Program-made: the position numbers and the translations under genes
The notes under the pieces: generated by a model
What the model was told of the DNA's origin: nothing
The model's database searches: none
What the model saw: the letters and a program-made list of their open reading frames with translations, nothing else
Part shown: positions 26,061 to 39,735 of the stretch, one piece after another
Layout of the letters: every line of letters starts with the position of its first letter
Position numbering within the stretch: the stretch's first letter is position 1
NCBI RefSeq assembly: GCF_001194135.2
Contig: NC_068985.1
Location: 34,115,969-34,175,106, forward strand
Length of the DNA stretch: 59,138 bases
From: Octopus bimaculoides
Taxonomy: Eukaryota
Direction of reading: 5' to 3'

Positions 26061-26989
26061 CTATTTTACTATTTCTGTATTTTTGTCTCTTTTTTTTTTT
26101 CCAGTTTTCTTGGATTTTTCTCATTTTGTTTTCTTTGGCTCCTTCATGTGTTTAAAGTTGTTTCCACATGTCTCTTGTTATATTAAGATAAAATTTAAAG
26201 TTGATGTACTATGCACTAAAAAATAAAAAAATAAAAGTTTATTAGAAAGATGTGTTATGATGAGTTTTAACCTGATCAAGAGGTGTTTAGATCACTGTGT
26301 TGGAAAATATTGTGAAAATGCAGGCAGTTGTACTGTTCATAATAAAAGTAAATCAAAACATTAAGCTGTCAATCAAAAAAAAAAGACTAAAAATCTAGGT
26401 AGCAACAGTAATGGCCTTTTCTCTTCAGTGTTGTTTACATTGTCTAATCAAAGTAAGAAGTTCTAATTATTTGACCTGTATTTGTTTAGTAGCTTAAATT
26501 ATTTATCTTTACAAGCTGGAAACCAGTTCAGGATGCCTGGTGTGTTTATAGTATGTTGGATCAGCTTTGCTTCTTTTGAACTAATACTGTTAACCTCAAG
26601 TATAAATAGGGATGTCATGTTGGGATAATGCTTGTATCTAAGTTTATCAGCTGTCTAATTGTCTATTATATTATTTGATTTTTATTTTTGTAATTATTGC
26701 TTTATTTGTCTTTGTATTAATATCTTTCACAGAAACTCGTCTTGCATTCTGTAGATTGTTCTTCGTATTAGAATTATTTTAAATTTGAGTAATATGTTAA
26801 ATGTTGTATTAAGAATAGATGGAATCATAGTGATTGTTTAAACTCCCAATTATTTATTAATGCATTTTTGTAAATATATTGTTTAGAAGCATTTTTCATT
26901 AGAGTTTCTACTGAATAATAGCAAAGGGTTTTGCAACCATAGGTTCAATAGGTGCAATTTTTGTTCACCACATTCTTAACTGTATTCTT

Positions 26990-27370
26990 TTATTCTCTTA
27001 CTTGTTTGAGTCATTTGACTGTAGCCATGCTGGAGCACTGCCTTTAGTTGAACAAATCGACCCTGGGACTTATTCTTTGTAAGCCTAGAACCTAATTTAC
27101 CAAACTCTTTTGCTGAACTGCTAAGTTATGTGGACGTAAATACACCAACATCGGTTGTCAAGCGATGGTGGGGTGGGGTGGACAAATACAGACACACAAA
27201 TACATACATTCATATATACAATTTCGAGCTTCTTTCAGTTTCTGTCTAACCAAATCCACTCACAAGGCTTTGGTCAGCCCAAGGCTATTAGAAAATTTTT
27301 GTCCAAGGTGCCATGCAATGGGACTGAACCCAGAACCATGTAGTTGGGAAGCAAGCTTCTTACCTGCACC
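26990..27370 (-). mobile_element. SINE family A
   Basis: Full reversed copy from the tail (cttgtttgagtcatttgac) to the head (gggaagcaagcttcttac). Confidence 0.85.
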
Positions 27371-27904
27371 TATGTTTTTCATACAGAAAATATCCTTAGG
27401 AATTTTTCCTGTGGTTTTATTTTAAATTGCTTAATCAGTGAATACTTTTTTTCATTAAAAACCTGTATATTCTTAGTCATTTTGAATTTTGATGACAAGA
27501 TTTTACTGAAACAAATCGTCACCACATTTAGTAAAGACCAGATTTACACCTCATTCAATTTTTAATCAGTTTGTATTTTGGAGTGGCTTCTTGCTTATAA
27601 CAAGAATTATCATTAATGCTAATGATTTTTATTTGAATTGTTTTAGTCCTGATACAAAGCAATTTTAAGTTTAAATCTCCACAAAGTTAAAGAGTGCCTA
27701 CTTTGCAAGGAAAATGCTGAAAATCGAATTTTTATCCTATTCATATTTCAACATTAATTTTACCCTTTCTACTTCTGTATAAAAGCTCTTATTCACACAA
27801 AACTTGAGAGTATTATTCTTAGAATTTAATGTTCTTATTTTGTTTTTCACTTTAGTTAGTGAAGGTTTTACATTTTCATTTTTTTTTTTTCAGAAAGGCT
27901 TGTG

Positions 27905-28018
27905 ATGTTTATAACAATATTAGTAAGTTTGGTGCTTTTTGTCATCAATGGTATAGTATGTCCACCAGTAAAACCGGGCACCAAACCAAAAGAAGGTGCA
28001 TCAGTCAATGATACCAAT
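27905..28018 (+). CDS. NUCB2: Nucleobindin (NUCB1/NUCB2 family), first coding exon: signal peptide and N-terminus
   Basis: Acceptor (t)n-cag| at 27893, exon from 27894, ATG 27905. Encodes MFITILVSLVLFVINGIVCPPVKPGTKPKEGASVNDTN (38 codons, hydrophobic signal peptide); donor GTAAGT at 28019, phase 0, in frame with the next exon. Absent from the ORF track. Confidence 0.85.
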
Positions 28019-28279
28019 GTAAGTTTATAGTTTTTCTATTTGTATACCCACATACATTTCTTTTGTCTCTGAATGTATTATTTCCTTATATGAACATTAA
28101 ATCCAAGATTTATAGTTGAATAATAGGTTTGTGAAATGCATTTCTTTTATAAATAATGTGAAATGTCCCCAAAGCCATGTTACTGACCTAATTTTCTAGA
28201 AGCTTCTACTTTGACTTTCAATTTTAGATTATACTAGCAGTAGTACCTGGTGTTGCATGGGTCTTAATAAATTACCATT

Positions 28280-29672
28280 CAACTATGGAAAGATGAGGCT
28301 TTACACTTGAGAAAATTTTTTGAGCCCTACCTTGGCTACCGCATTCACGCAATGCTTTTCTGATTTCAACACCTTACTCCTCAGCCCAGTGCAGATTAGA
28401 ACCATACACTTGTGGAATGCTTTTAAGGCCAACAGTTTAGAAACACCTATCGTAAGGGCTTGCAGTCTGGCATCACTCTGAAGGCGATTATCACGGTCTT
28501 GTAATGTTTGGGAAGATTAAGCAGCAGTAGTGTTTGCAGCATCCATTGTCCGACGTCTATGGTGCTCTTCCTCATTCTCCTCAGCATGTGTGGCTGAAGT
28601 GCACGCGACATTAGTGGCTCGGCGACGTTTCCTGTGGGGACTTGTTTCAAAAGCTCTTGCAGCAGCTGTAGACATGGCGTTAGCAGATTGGTGGCTTCTT
28701 CACTGAACCGCGTATGCTGCTTCAACAGCAGCTGCTCGAGCTTCAGAGACAGAAGGCCAGCAAAGAAGACGCCAAATCGCCAATGCTGTTGTGACTGTGA
28801 CTGCTCACACTGCAGAAACCGAAGACCAATGCAGAACTCACTGCACAACGAATGCTGTTTCAATGGCAGCTGCTCAAGCTTCAGAGACAGAAGTCCAGCG
28901 AAGAAGCAATGCTGGTTACTACTGCTAGTGAAATGGATGAAGTAAGCTGTAATTACTTACCAGTAACCGATTTGATTACCAGTAGCTTGCACAGTGCAGA
29001 GGCTGTTGTTGCTTTAACTATCTCATGCTACGCATAGAAATCGCTTTCATTTATTGCAATAGAAAGCCTCGGTGCCGGATGTTTACACTTTATTGGCAGT
29101 GGCTATTTTGAGGTCATGTGGGGTCACAATGTGTGTGCACACCATGGTGGAGATTAATTGTTTATGCATCGGAGAAGAAATGGGGTCAGTGTTCTGAGAA
29201 AAACAAATCAGGAGCTACTTCAACAAAGGCATTTTGTTCAAATGTGAGTTTGTCGAATTGTGATCAAACAAAATGCAATTTAATAAAATGAACCATGGCT
29301 TAAGACTTGTTGGGTGAAAGTGCATTCGTTTACCGAGTTTGGTTTAAATCGACTCAATGGTTCCGGTGCTATGGTCTGCTTTAATGGCATTTTTTGATTT
29401 GGTTTTTCTTGTGCTGTGCTTAAACGATACAGAATTTGAAAAAAATAATAATGAAACAAAAAACCTTGGGTAAGAATGCATAGGTATATCAAGTTTGATC
29501 AAAATCGGATGAATCGATTGAGTTTTTGCGAAAACTGAACATTGATCTAAGCAGTTGTTATGACTAAAACATGCCTCGGCACATACCAAATGTATGTCTG
29601 AAATTTCAATCAAATCAGTTAGGTGGAATTCGAGTTATAAACCTTCGAACTTGCAGTGTACTGTTATATTGA
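28280..29672 (-). mobile_element. Helitron-like 5' fragment with STPR-like 23-aa repeats and an internal inversion
   Basis: Reversed 5' end TCaatataa (about 29672) with repeated actgatttgattgaaattt-type motifs. Degenerate 69-bp repeats encode xETExQRRRR-type units; a possible Cys-rich Helitron N-terminal remnant lies near 28330-28420. Confidence 0.6.
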
Positions 29673-31236
29673 GCCTCTTTAGTGATTCCATATGTGGAAG
29701 CTCAGTCAATGGCTCATTGCATTGGTAGCATTTTTTCTTTGTGAAATGTAGCAATTGTTTTATTAATACTTTGCCTTTCATAACTTGCATAATATATTAT
29801 ACCATTTAGTTTTTTTTTATATTCATAAATATGACTAGATATTAACAATAAGCAATCAGATTTGACCTACTTGTTGATGATAACCTGTTAGGTAGTTAGT
29901 ATACTATTAGATATGTCATTCTGATAGAAACAAAAGAAAACTTTTTCTCATATTGAATTAAAGTTTTCCATAATGTTGGTTTGGTTTATAAAATACGCTG
30001 TGAGTAGCAGGTGTTTCTGATAGACCAGATATGGAAATTAGATTCTCACACATTACAATCATCATCATCAAATACCTGATTAATCATCTTGCCACGCTGG
30101 CAATGGGTTAATAGTATTATTAGTCATTGAGTTACTTGAATATGTATAATTTTTATTGCAACCTTCATTTTTTTCTCTTCTGTAGTTCAGTCTCAACTAT
30201 TTCTTTTATCATGAAAGGTAGTAATAAAATTATTTAATGAACATATCTTTAATTTCCAAATAGATTTTACCATATTAAACCCTTTTTATAATTAACATTG
30301 ATGTCTCCAAATTATGTAATCCTCACATATTGTTTTTAAACAATATTCATAAGCAATTCCATTTGTAATTTGAAAATGAAACCCATGTGTCATCAAATTT
30401 TCTCATACTATTTTACATCTATTTTTCTATAGAGTATTCTTATTTTATTGTTTTACTGGTTAGTCATTAGACTGTTGCCTTGCTAGGGCATCACCTTAGG
30501 GATTTGGTTGATTATATTAACCTCAAAACTTATTCCAATCTGATCATCATTATTTAATGTCTGTTTTCCATGCTGGCATGGGTTGGATGGCTTGACAGGT
30601 GCTGGCAAGCCAGAGAACTGCACTAAATTCTACTGTCTGTTTTGGCATGGTTTTTATGGCTGGATGCCCTTCCTAATGCCAACCACTTTACAGTGTGTGT
30701 GTGAGGCCTAAAATTTGTGGCAACTTTTAGAAGTATGTTATTCATGATGAGAAACCATATAATACAAGACTGTTTCTTTGATATATATAGCTACTGAGTA
30801 TTTGAGCTGTTGAAAGATACAATGCTGTCCTCTTCTCATTGATAGATGTTCACATGGTTTCTATCTTGGATTCAAAGATGTCTAGCATGAGGTGTTTAGG
30901 GTTTTATGTATATATGTGTGTGTGTGTAGATGTGTAAATGGGGATCAAAAGTAATCTAATGTTTCGATGAGCTATAGGGTATTTTGATTTATAAAAATGT
31001 TTTAATGGTTAATCATGAGATATGCTTGTTAAATTATAGTAGTACTGCCAAAACTGGGACTTTATTTTAACAATATAAGAAGGATGAAAGACTGTTCTCA
31101 ATCTGGGATTTGAATTCCTAACACAAAATAATGTCCCTAAAACCTGCCAGGCAATTTGTTTGTAGTTCTACTAATTCTGCCAAACCACTACCCCACAACA
31201 ACAACAAAATAATAATAATAATAATAATAATAATCC

Positions 31237-33231
31237 TAAGGATATGAAGACAGGAGAAGTCCCTGGCCCATCAGGAATCTCTGCTGAGATGCTTAAAATA
31301 TCTGGGGGTAGAGGTTATGGTCTAGTCACCCGTATTGTAAATCAGGTGGTTCATGAAGGAGTCATACCCAATGACTGGTGTAGCAGCACCACAGTCAACT
31401 GCTATAAAGATAATGGTGATGCCTTAGATAGAAATAATTATAGAGGTATCAAATTGCTGGATCAGGTGATGAACGCTACGGAGAGAGTCATAGCCCAACT
31501 AACTAGGGAGAGAGCTTAGATGAGATGCAGTTCAGTTTTGTGCTGAGAAGCACCACTGATGCTATATTTCTGGTGAGGCAGTTACAAGAGAAATACATAG
31601 CCAAATATAAACCTCTGGACTTGACCTTTGTGTATTTGGAGAAAGCCTTTAACAGGGCCCCCTGAGTCCTTATCTGGTGGTAAATGTGGAAACTAGGGAT
31701 AGACAAGTGGTTAGTGAGAGCTGTACAAGCTATGTACAGGAACACGATCAATAAGGTGAGGGTTGGCAACGAGTACAGTGAAGAATTGAGGGTACAAGTA
31801 GGGATTCACCAATGATCGGTCCCTAGCCCTCTCTTGTTCATCATAGTCCTCCAGTCAATAACAGAGATATTCAAGACAGGCTGCCCCTGGGAGCTCCTCT
31901 ATGCTGATGACCTTGCTCTTATAGCTGAATCACTACCTTTACTAGAGACGTTCCAGTTATGGAAGCAAGGTCTAGAATCAAAAGGCCTTATAGTTAACCC
32001 AGCAAAACCAAAATTTTAGTAAGTAGGAAGGCAGACAAATTACAAATCTCTTCAAGTAGGTGGCCCTGCTCAATCTGTAGAAAAGAGGTAGGTAGAAACT
32101 CCAGAAGATACACCTGGTGTAAGCTTTGGACACATAACAGGTGCAGCAATATCAGCGGAAGGTTAACAGGGAAACTAGCTTTTGTATGTGGAAGATGCTC
32201 AGATACAATAAATGTTGAAAATGAGCAGAACATAGACTCCATCAACTTCCAGCAGGATAAGCTAAAGGTAGTAGATAGCTTCCGTTATCTAAGTGACCAA
32301 GTTAGTAGTGGAGGTGGGATACTCCGAAAGCATAGCTGTGAGAATAAGATTAGGATGGGCAAAGTTCAGAGAGCTCTTACCCCTGCTGGCAACAAAGGGC
32401 CTCTCTCCCAGAGTGAAAGGCTAATTGTTTGATACCTGTGTGAACAGCTATGCTGCATGGCAGTGAAACATGGGCTGTGGCAGCCGAGGACATGCATAGG
32501 CTTGAAAGAAATGAAGCCAGTATGCTTCACTGGATGTGCAATGTCAGTGTACATGTTCAACAGTGTAAACATCTTGAGAGATAAGCTAGGCATAAGAAGC
32601 ATCAGATGTGGTATGCAAGAGAGATGATTGCACTGGTATGGTCATGTGATGCATATGGACAAGACAGCTGTGTAAAGAAGTACTGATCTCTAACTGTGGA
32701 GGGAACCTGTGGTAGAGGTAGACCTAGGAAGACATGGAATGAGGTGGTGAAGCATGGTCTTTGAACTTTGAGCTTCATAGAGGCAATGACTAGTGACCGA
32801 GACCTTTGGCGATGTGCTGTGCTTGAGAGGACCCATTCAAGCCAAGTGCACCCATGCTGGTGACATATAAAGAACATCTTTCGAGCATTGGGCCTCATGG
32901 AGGCAAAGTGGCTGAGTTCCTTTCAAGTATTGGGCCTCACGGAGGCAATGACTGAGACCTTTGGCATTATGTTGTGCTTGAGGAGACCTATCAAGCCGAG
33001 CAAGATCACAGTTGTGGCAGATACCGTTGTTATGCAACTTGGCACCTGTGCTGGTGGCATGTAAAAGCACCCATTACACTTTTGGAGTGGTTGGCATTAG
33101 GAAGGGCATTCAGCCATAGAAAGCCATGCCAAATGAGACTGGAGTCTGGTACAGCCTTCCAGTGTGCCAGTTCGGTTAAACTGTCCAACCCATGCCAGTA
33201 TGGACAATGAACATTAAACAATGATGATGAC
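31237..33231 (+). mobile_element. RTE-clade LINE, 5'-truncated, with 3'UTR and (GAT)n tail, inserted into a reversed SINE B
   Basis: KTGEVPGPSGISAEMLK, NYRGIKLLDQVM, LLYADDLALIAES, GRGRPRKTW; tail aatgatgatga. Left flank (aat)n-cct and right flank ctataggcacagggcc rejoin as one SINE B. Confidence 0.92.
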
Positions 33232-33476
33232 TATAGGCACAGGGCCTGAAATTTTTAGCGGGGGGACTAGTCGATTACATCAACCCCATTGTTTCACTGG
33301 TACTTAATTTATCAACCCCAACCTTGGCAGAATTTGTACTCAGAATGTAGCGACGGGCAAAATACCACTAAACATTTCATCCATTGTGCTAACGATTTTG
33401 CCAACTTGCTACCAAGATATAATGATAATAATAATAACCATGATGATGATAATTATCATTCTTACTATTATTATTA

Positions 33477-34320
33477 AAGGCAGTGAAATGCTTAGTGGTA
33501 TTTCGACTGTCTTCACATTCTGAGTTCAAATTCTGCCAAGGTCAGCTTTGCTGTTCATCGTTTTGGGGTCGATAAATTAAGTACCAGTTGCATACTGGGT
33601 CGATCTAATTGACTGTCCCCTTCTCCCCCAAAATTGCAGGTCTTGTTCCTATAGTAGAAAGGATTTTTATTAAAGTCGGCGAGCTGACAGAATTGTTAGC
33701 ACACTGGATGAAATGCTTAGTGGTATTTTGCCCATCGCTACATTCTGAGTTCAAATTCCAATGAGGTTGACTTTGCCTTTCATCCTTTCAGAGTCAATAA
33801 AATAAGTACCTGTTGGAGTCAATGTAATTGACTTATCCCTACCTCCCTCAAGTTGCCCTTGTGGCAAAAATTTGAAATAATTATTATGTAGGTGGTGAGT
33901 TGGCAGAACTATTAGCTTAGAAGCATTTTGTCCATCTTTACACTGTGAATTCAAATTCTGCCAAGGTCAACTTTGCCTTTCATTCTCTTGGGGGTTGATG
34001 AAATAAGTACCAGTTATGCACTTGGATCGATGTAATTAACTAGCCCTCTTTCCCTGAATTTCAGGCCTTGTGCCTATAGAAGAAAGGATTATTATTAAGG
34101 TGAACAGGTAGAATCGTTAGCACACTTGGCGAAACACTTAGTGGTATTTCGTCAGTCATTGTGTTCTGAGTTCAAATTCCACTGAGGTCTACTTTGCCTT
34201 TCATCCTTTCGGAGGTTGATAAATAAAGTACCAGTTGAGCCATGGGATTGATGTAATCGACTACCCCCTCCCCTGAAATTTCAGGCCTTGTGCCTATTGT
34301 AGAAAGGATTATTATTATTA
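33477..34320 (+). mobile_element. Array of four head-to-tail SINE family B copies
   Basis: Heads at about 33477, 33673, 33891 and 34098, each directly after the att-rich tail of the previous copy. Confidence 0.85.
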
Positions 34321-37029
34321 TTCATCCAACCTATGCCAGCATGGAAAATGGATGTTAGCTGAACTAAATCCAAAGCTGCACTTATAAAGGAAAGCTTTGT
34401 TAACTGAACTGACTCCAGTATTATTAGTGGGTATTTTGACTCTGGATGGAGGAAAAGCAAAGCTGATTCTGGCAGGATTTGAACACAGAATATAGAGGTA
34501 TAGAAGTATATACTTAGGAATGTTTTACTTTGGTTCTCTACTATTTTTCCTCTCTGATCTTACTGGGGGGTAGTATGGCGCTAATATGTGAACTGGACTT
34601 TAATTAGGAAGAAAAAAAAAAATGGATTGTAGATTCATTTATCTTATAAAACACTTATTCTCAGTCATGGAAACAATAAAAGTGTTCCCCTTTGGGTTGG
34701 GTAATGTTGGCTGAGTCAGTTCTCACTGTGTTATTAACCTAAGAGGAATAAGTAGCAAAGTAAGCCTCATCAGGGTTTGAATTTGGAATCAAGGGGAATG
34801 TAACTAAATATAATAACGCATTGTTTAGTGTTCTATTTAATTAATAACTTTTTATGTTCTGATAATAATTTGTATGTTGGCACAAAGCCATGCATTTGTC
34901 AGGGATATAGTTGATTGAATTGACTCTAGCACTTTTATTTGATCTACTAAGGAGTAACGAAAGAAAAAATTGAACATTATTAAATTAGTGCTCAGAATAT
35001 AATAGATATAGAACTAAATAGTGGAAAATATTTACTCTGATGCTGTACCAGTTCAACCACTTCATTAATAATTTGGATCAAGAAACAATAAAAAAAGAAA
35101 TTGAAGTATTCATACTATTAAGGCTAAAGTGAAGCAAGAAGGGATATCTGCTCTGGACTACTTTTGGGAGGGGGCAGTTGATATTTGTATTAGGTGGTAT
35201 TTTGGGGAAGTAGAGGGAATTGAAGGACTACCTCAAGCAATAAACACTCTAGCTATACCATTGAATATCATCATTTTAAGCACATATCATCATTGTTTTA
35301 ATGTATACTTTTCCAAGCTTGCATGGGTCAAATGAGAGTGCATTGGGGCAGAGTTTCTATGGTGAAATGCTCTTCTTATTGCCAACCCACTTATTTCCAA
35401 GTAGGTTGGTAATATCCAAGTCTATTGAGCAACAAACAGCTTGGGCATGTTTTACATGGAGAGCTGGAAACAAAGACATCCATATGACTGAGCTCTTTCT
35501 TTACAAAGATTGTGCAGCATATCAAGAAACCTGGACATGCTTTCATTGTGATTATAGAATGCTAGATTTTCCAACGTTTTGCAGTATTTTTTATCTTGTT
35601 TTATTCATTGGACTGTGGCCATGCTGGAGCACCTTCTTCAAGTAGTTTTAGTCAAAGAAAATAACACCACTACTTAGTTTTAAGTCTGGTACTTACTCTC
35701 TTAGTTTCTTTTGCTAAGTCACAAGGATATTAACAAGCCAACATTAGTTGTCAAAGTGTGTGTGTGTATGTGGGGCCACACACACACACACACACAATGG
35801 ATTTCCAGTCTAGACTATGTGGGCAGAGATAGCAATATAAGGAGATGCAAATGCCTCAAAGACCTGCTCAGATGTTTCCAACTGCTAAATATATAATATA
35901 AATGATGATGATTATGATGATATATATTCCATTGTACAGCCCCAAGCTTTACATATTGAGAAATTAAAAAGGAATTGTGTATTGTATATCTTGATGTTAA
36001 CACTATAAAAGCTATGAAAAATCATGTAATATTCATTTTGATATTAGCATTACAAAAATAGTGAAAAATCTACAATCAGAAGCTGTTGTGTAACACCTGG
36101 TCAGCTCTAATGAAGCAGTCCTATGGGCTGTTGGTTTGCTGACTACAACATACATATCCAGACTGTTCATTCTGATTCATCAATGTATCCTTTCCACTGT
36201 TCAGTCTGTTACTGTATATCTTTAGATTTCAGTGGTGGCAATGACAAAGGTGGACTTGGTTAGTGGGTGACAGTTGGTGTTCCTCTGCATGAAGGTTTTA
36301 GCTTTCTGGAAACTTAACCTTATACCATACTTCAACAAGAAATTGTAATGTAGTCTCAACTTGAGTAATGCCTTGTGAGTGGAATTTGGTAGCTGGAAAT
36401 TGCAGAACTTCATTAAACATACAAATATGTGTGTGTGGATTATGTCGTATTCCATAACATGATGGTTTGACTAATAGATATTGATATAATAGTACTAGGC
36501 TGAAATAAAGTAATGAAGTTGGTATGATTGGCTAAACCATCTAAAAGTGGTACTCCAGCATGATTATAGTTTAGTGACTGAAACCAGCAATAAAAAAAAA
36601 AAAGAAAAAAAAAAAGAATATATTTATTTCAATCTTGGTTTGTGTGAGAAGTAAGCAAAGAATAACTGCAAATTATATTTGTATCCAGCTTCCATATGCT
36701 TTTCTTTTTATCAAAAAAATTAATAATTTAATTTTGTTCAAAGTAATATTTGGTCACTCACATTCAATCAGCCTTGTAAACTGAATTTAGATGATTGATT
36801 TTACAAAATATTTCTCCTCAAATAAGATTTAAAAAAAGATGCATTTAATATTATACCAAACCATGGGATATATTCTATTCATTATAGAAAATGAAATTAG
36901 GTGCTATTTTATCTATTTTGTGTTCAGGATGTTTTGTTCCAACAATTGGCTATTTTTAGAATGACTTCATGACGTGCACCTTTCATGAAAGAAGTTTGGA
37001 TTACTTTCTTTTAGTTCTTCTCTTAAAAA

Positions 37030-38640
37030 ATTTATATAATCTGCAATCATAAGTGTGTCAAAGCTACTCTCTCCACTTAAATGCAAAGTGCAGAAATATC
37101 TTCAGATGTATGGAGTAAAAAAGGTCACCAGCCCTCACAGTGTCACTTCAATTACACTTAAGCAACACACTCTTGAACTTGCTCCTCTACTTACCAAAGT
37201 TTTTAATCTCCCACTCTCTATAAGATCATACCCTAACATTTGGAAGCATGTTTCTGTGTCTCCCATTCCAAAAAAAGGTAATTCCTTCAACTCACCCATC
37301 ACTCCATATTGACACTTCATACTATCACTTGGAAATGTTTTGAAGTGTGAATTGTTGCTCTCACTTGTAACTTATAGATAATTGAGACGGCCATCAACAA
37401 CAATGTTCTCCATCACCTTGAATCTATCTCTCTTTCCTCAATAACCACTAGAATGGTTTTTGTGGAGCCAGATCCACAGGAGACCTATTCTCCTATGTTA
37501 TTCACCTGGGACTCTCACTTTAGAGACGTTTGGTGAAAGTAATGTTGTTGCTTTAGATATCAGCAAAGGTTTTGACCATATTTGGCATGTAAATCTACTA
37601 TCAAAACTTCTCAGCTATGAGCTCTGTCCATCTCTCATCTCTTGGGTCCATAACTTCTTATCACATTATTGTGGCATGTGTTAACAAAACTCTTTCTACC
37701 TCATATTTGATCATCTCTGGTGTTCCATAAGGTTTTGGTTCTGTCCTCACTCTTTTCATTCTATATATCAATGGCTTATTTATTGCTGCATCTAAAACAA
37801 TGCCCATTCCTATGTAGGTGACACAACCCTGCATTTCTCCCTAACTTACCTTAGATTCATCTAAATGCAACTGAGACACCAGTCCAAACCTGCATTGATT
37901 CCAAAAATGGTCTTGAGAGCATCTTTCACTGGCACCATGCTGACCTTGTCTCTTAATAGTAACCCCCCCCCCTCAAAACTGAAGCACTAATTATATCAAG
38001 AAAACACTATTGCCCACACCCCTCTAAACGTGAGCATCACTCACTTAGAACCTTTACGTTTGCTCTTAATGTTAGGGGTCATTATGTCACTATCCTGATA
38101 TGCTTTCATCAGAAGAGATCCTCTTCTGGTGAAATCACATCCATAACCTGGCTAGGATCATGTCCCAAAAACTAGCCCTTCTCTTTAGGCCAGAAAATAT
38201 TTCAGTTCCTAACTGATATTCTATAAGGCTCAAGTGTAGCCCACAAATGAGTATTGTTCCCCCATATGGGATGACACTGCTACTATACACATTGACATTC
38301 TAGATTGCATCCAGAGAAGGGCCACTTACCTAATTGGCTCTCATTCAGTTCTGACACATACTGGCCTCTGACCCATAGCCATGCTGTCTCTTTTTGTTTT
38401 TTCTGTTGCTACAATAATGGCCTTTGTTCCTCAGAGTTGGCTGGTTTCCACCTCTCAGGCACCTCTGACTCACTCAGTCCTCCATTTCTTGGCACCCTTG
38501 TTGTGTCCAACTCCACTTTTCTAGCACTAACCACTATATCCAATTCTTTATCCTTTTGTCACTTTAAATGGAACATTGTCACCAGTCTCACTAGTCTTGG
38601 AGGACTTGCAACTTTTCTTGAACTATGTTGCCTCCTCCAG
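37030..38640 (+). mobile_element. Jockey/CR1-group LINE ORF2 (RT) fragment, decayed
   Basis: LELAPLLTKVFNL..YPNIWKHVSVSPIPKKG, FGESNVVALDISKGFDHIWH..LLSKL; many stops. Confidence 0.8.
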
Positions 38641-39697
38641 TCCCTGCAACTAAAAAAAAAAGGGAAAAACATAAAACATCCTTTGTTGAACTCTGATAAC
38701 CCATTGTCAGTATTTAGTATCTCATTTCTGCTCCATTAAACAACAAAGTAGGAGGCAAATCTTTTTCAAGTAATTTTCTCTGAAGTTCTGCTGCCTATTC
38801 ATCTCAGGAATTTAGAATGAAATATCCTATCCATAGACAACAAAATGCATACACTGAACATGGATAAAAACAATTACAAACTCATAAAACAATATCTTAT
38901 CAATTCAGCTATTTCTTCTGTACAGTTCATGTTTTGTTTCTATTTTATCCCATTATGCTGGAAATTTTTAACAGGTTATCTGTTAATAGTTTTTTTTTTA
39001 CAAGCAGGATGAGAAATAGTCCTTAAATAATAGGAGTTTAAAATAGTCAAATAAATGATAAAGAAGCAAAATAAAAAGCAAGACAAATAAATACTATCAT
39101 AATTGTCATCATTGTTCCACATCCACTTTTCATTCTGGCATGAGTTAGGTGGATTGCTATGACCAGAGTCAGCATGTATTTAGAGGTACAGCTCATCTAA
39201 TTGGTTAGGAGACCTCATTTTACTGGTTTTTCATTTTTGGCTTGGTTTCTATGTTTGAATGTTCTTTCTAATATCAATCACTTCACTGAGTGTAATGGAA
39301 TATACAAAGTGTACAGATATATTAAGTAGAAAATCCTGACATTCAGATTGAAACGAAGTGTATTCCTTGTAGTAGGAGAATGAAAACCGATAACATTGTT
39401 GAATTGGAGTATCAGAAATCTTTGGGTTGAGTAAACCTAATCTGTAATAGATGACTATAGGAATGTCAAGAGATCAAAACAGTTTTCATGAGAAAGATTT
39501 TTTTTTTTATGTAGGAAACGAAATGACCATTTAAATTGCTGGGTCAAATCAAACAGAATATATCTCAGGTAATTAGGGTTGGATCCTATAAACTATGCAT
39601 TTTTATACATAAGAGATTTGTACATAAGAGACATTGTTTTTATTTGAAAGTTGTCTTAGGTTTGTTTCTATAAAAAGAGACAAATAGTATTTCTTGT

Positions 39698-39735
<38 letters not shown>

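Noticed and set aside
33477-34320. Regularly spaced repeats (also 55468-55800) as a CRISPR-like array
   Set aside because: Eukaryotic context; the units are whole SINEs or a minisatellite with no unique spacers or cas genes.
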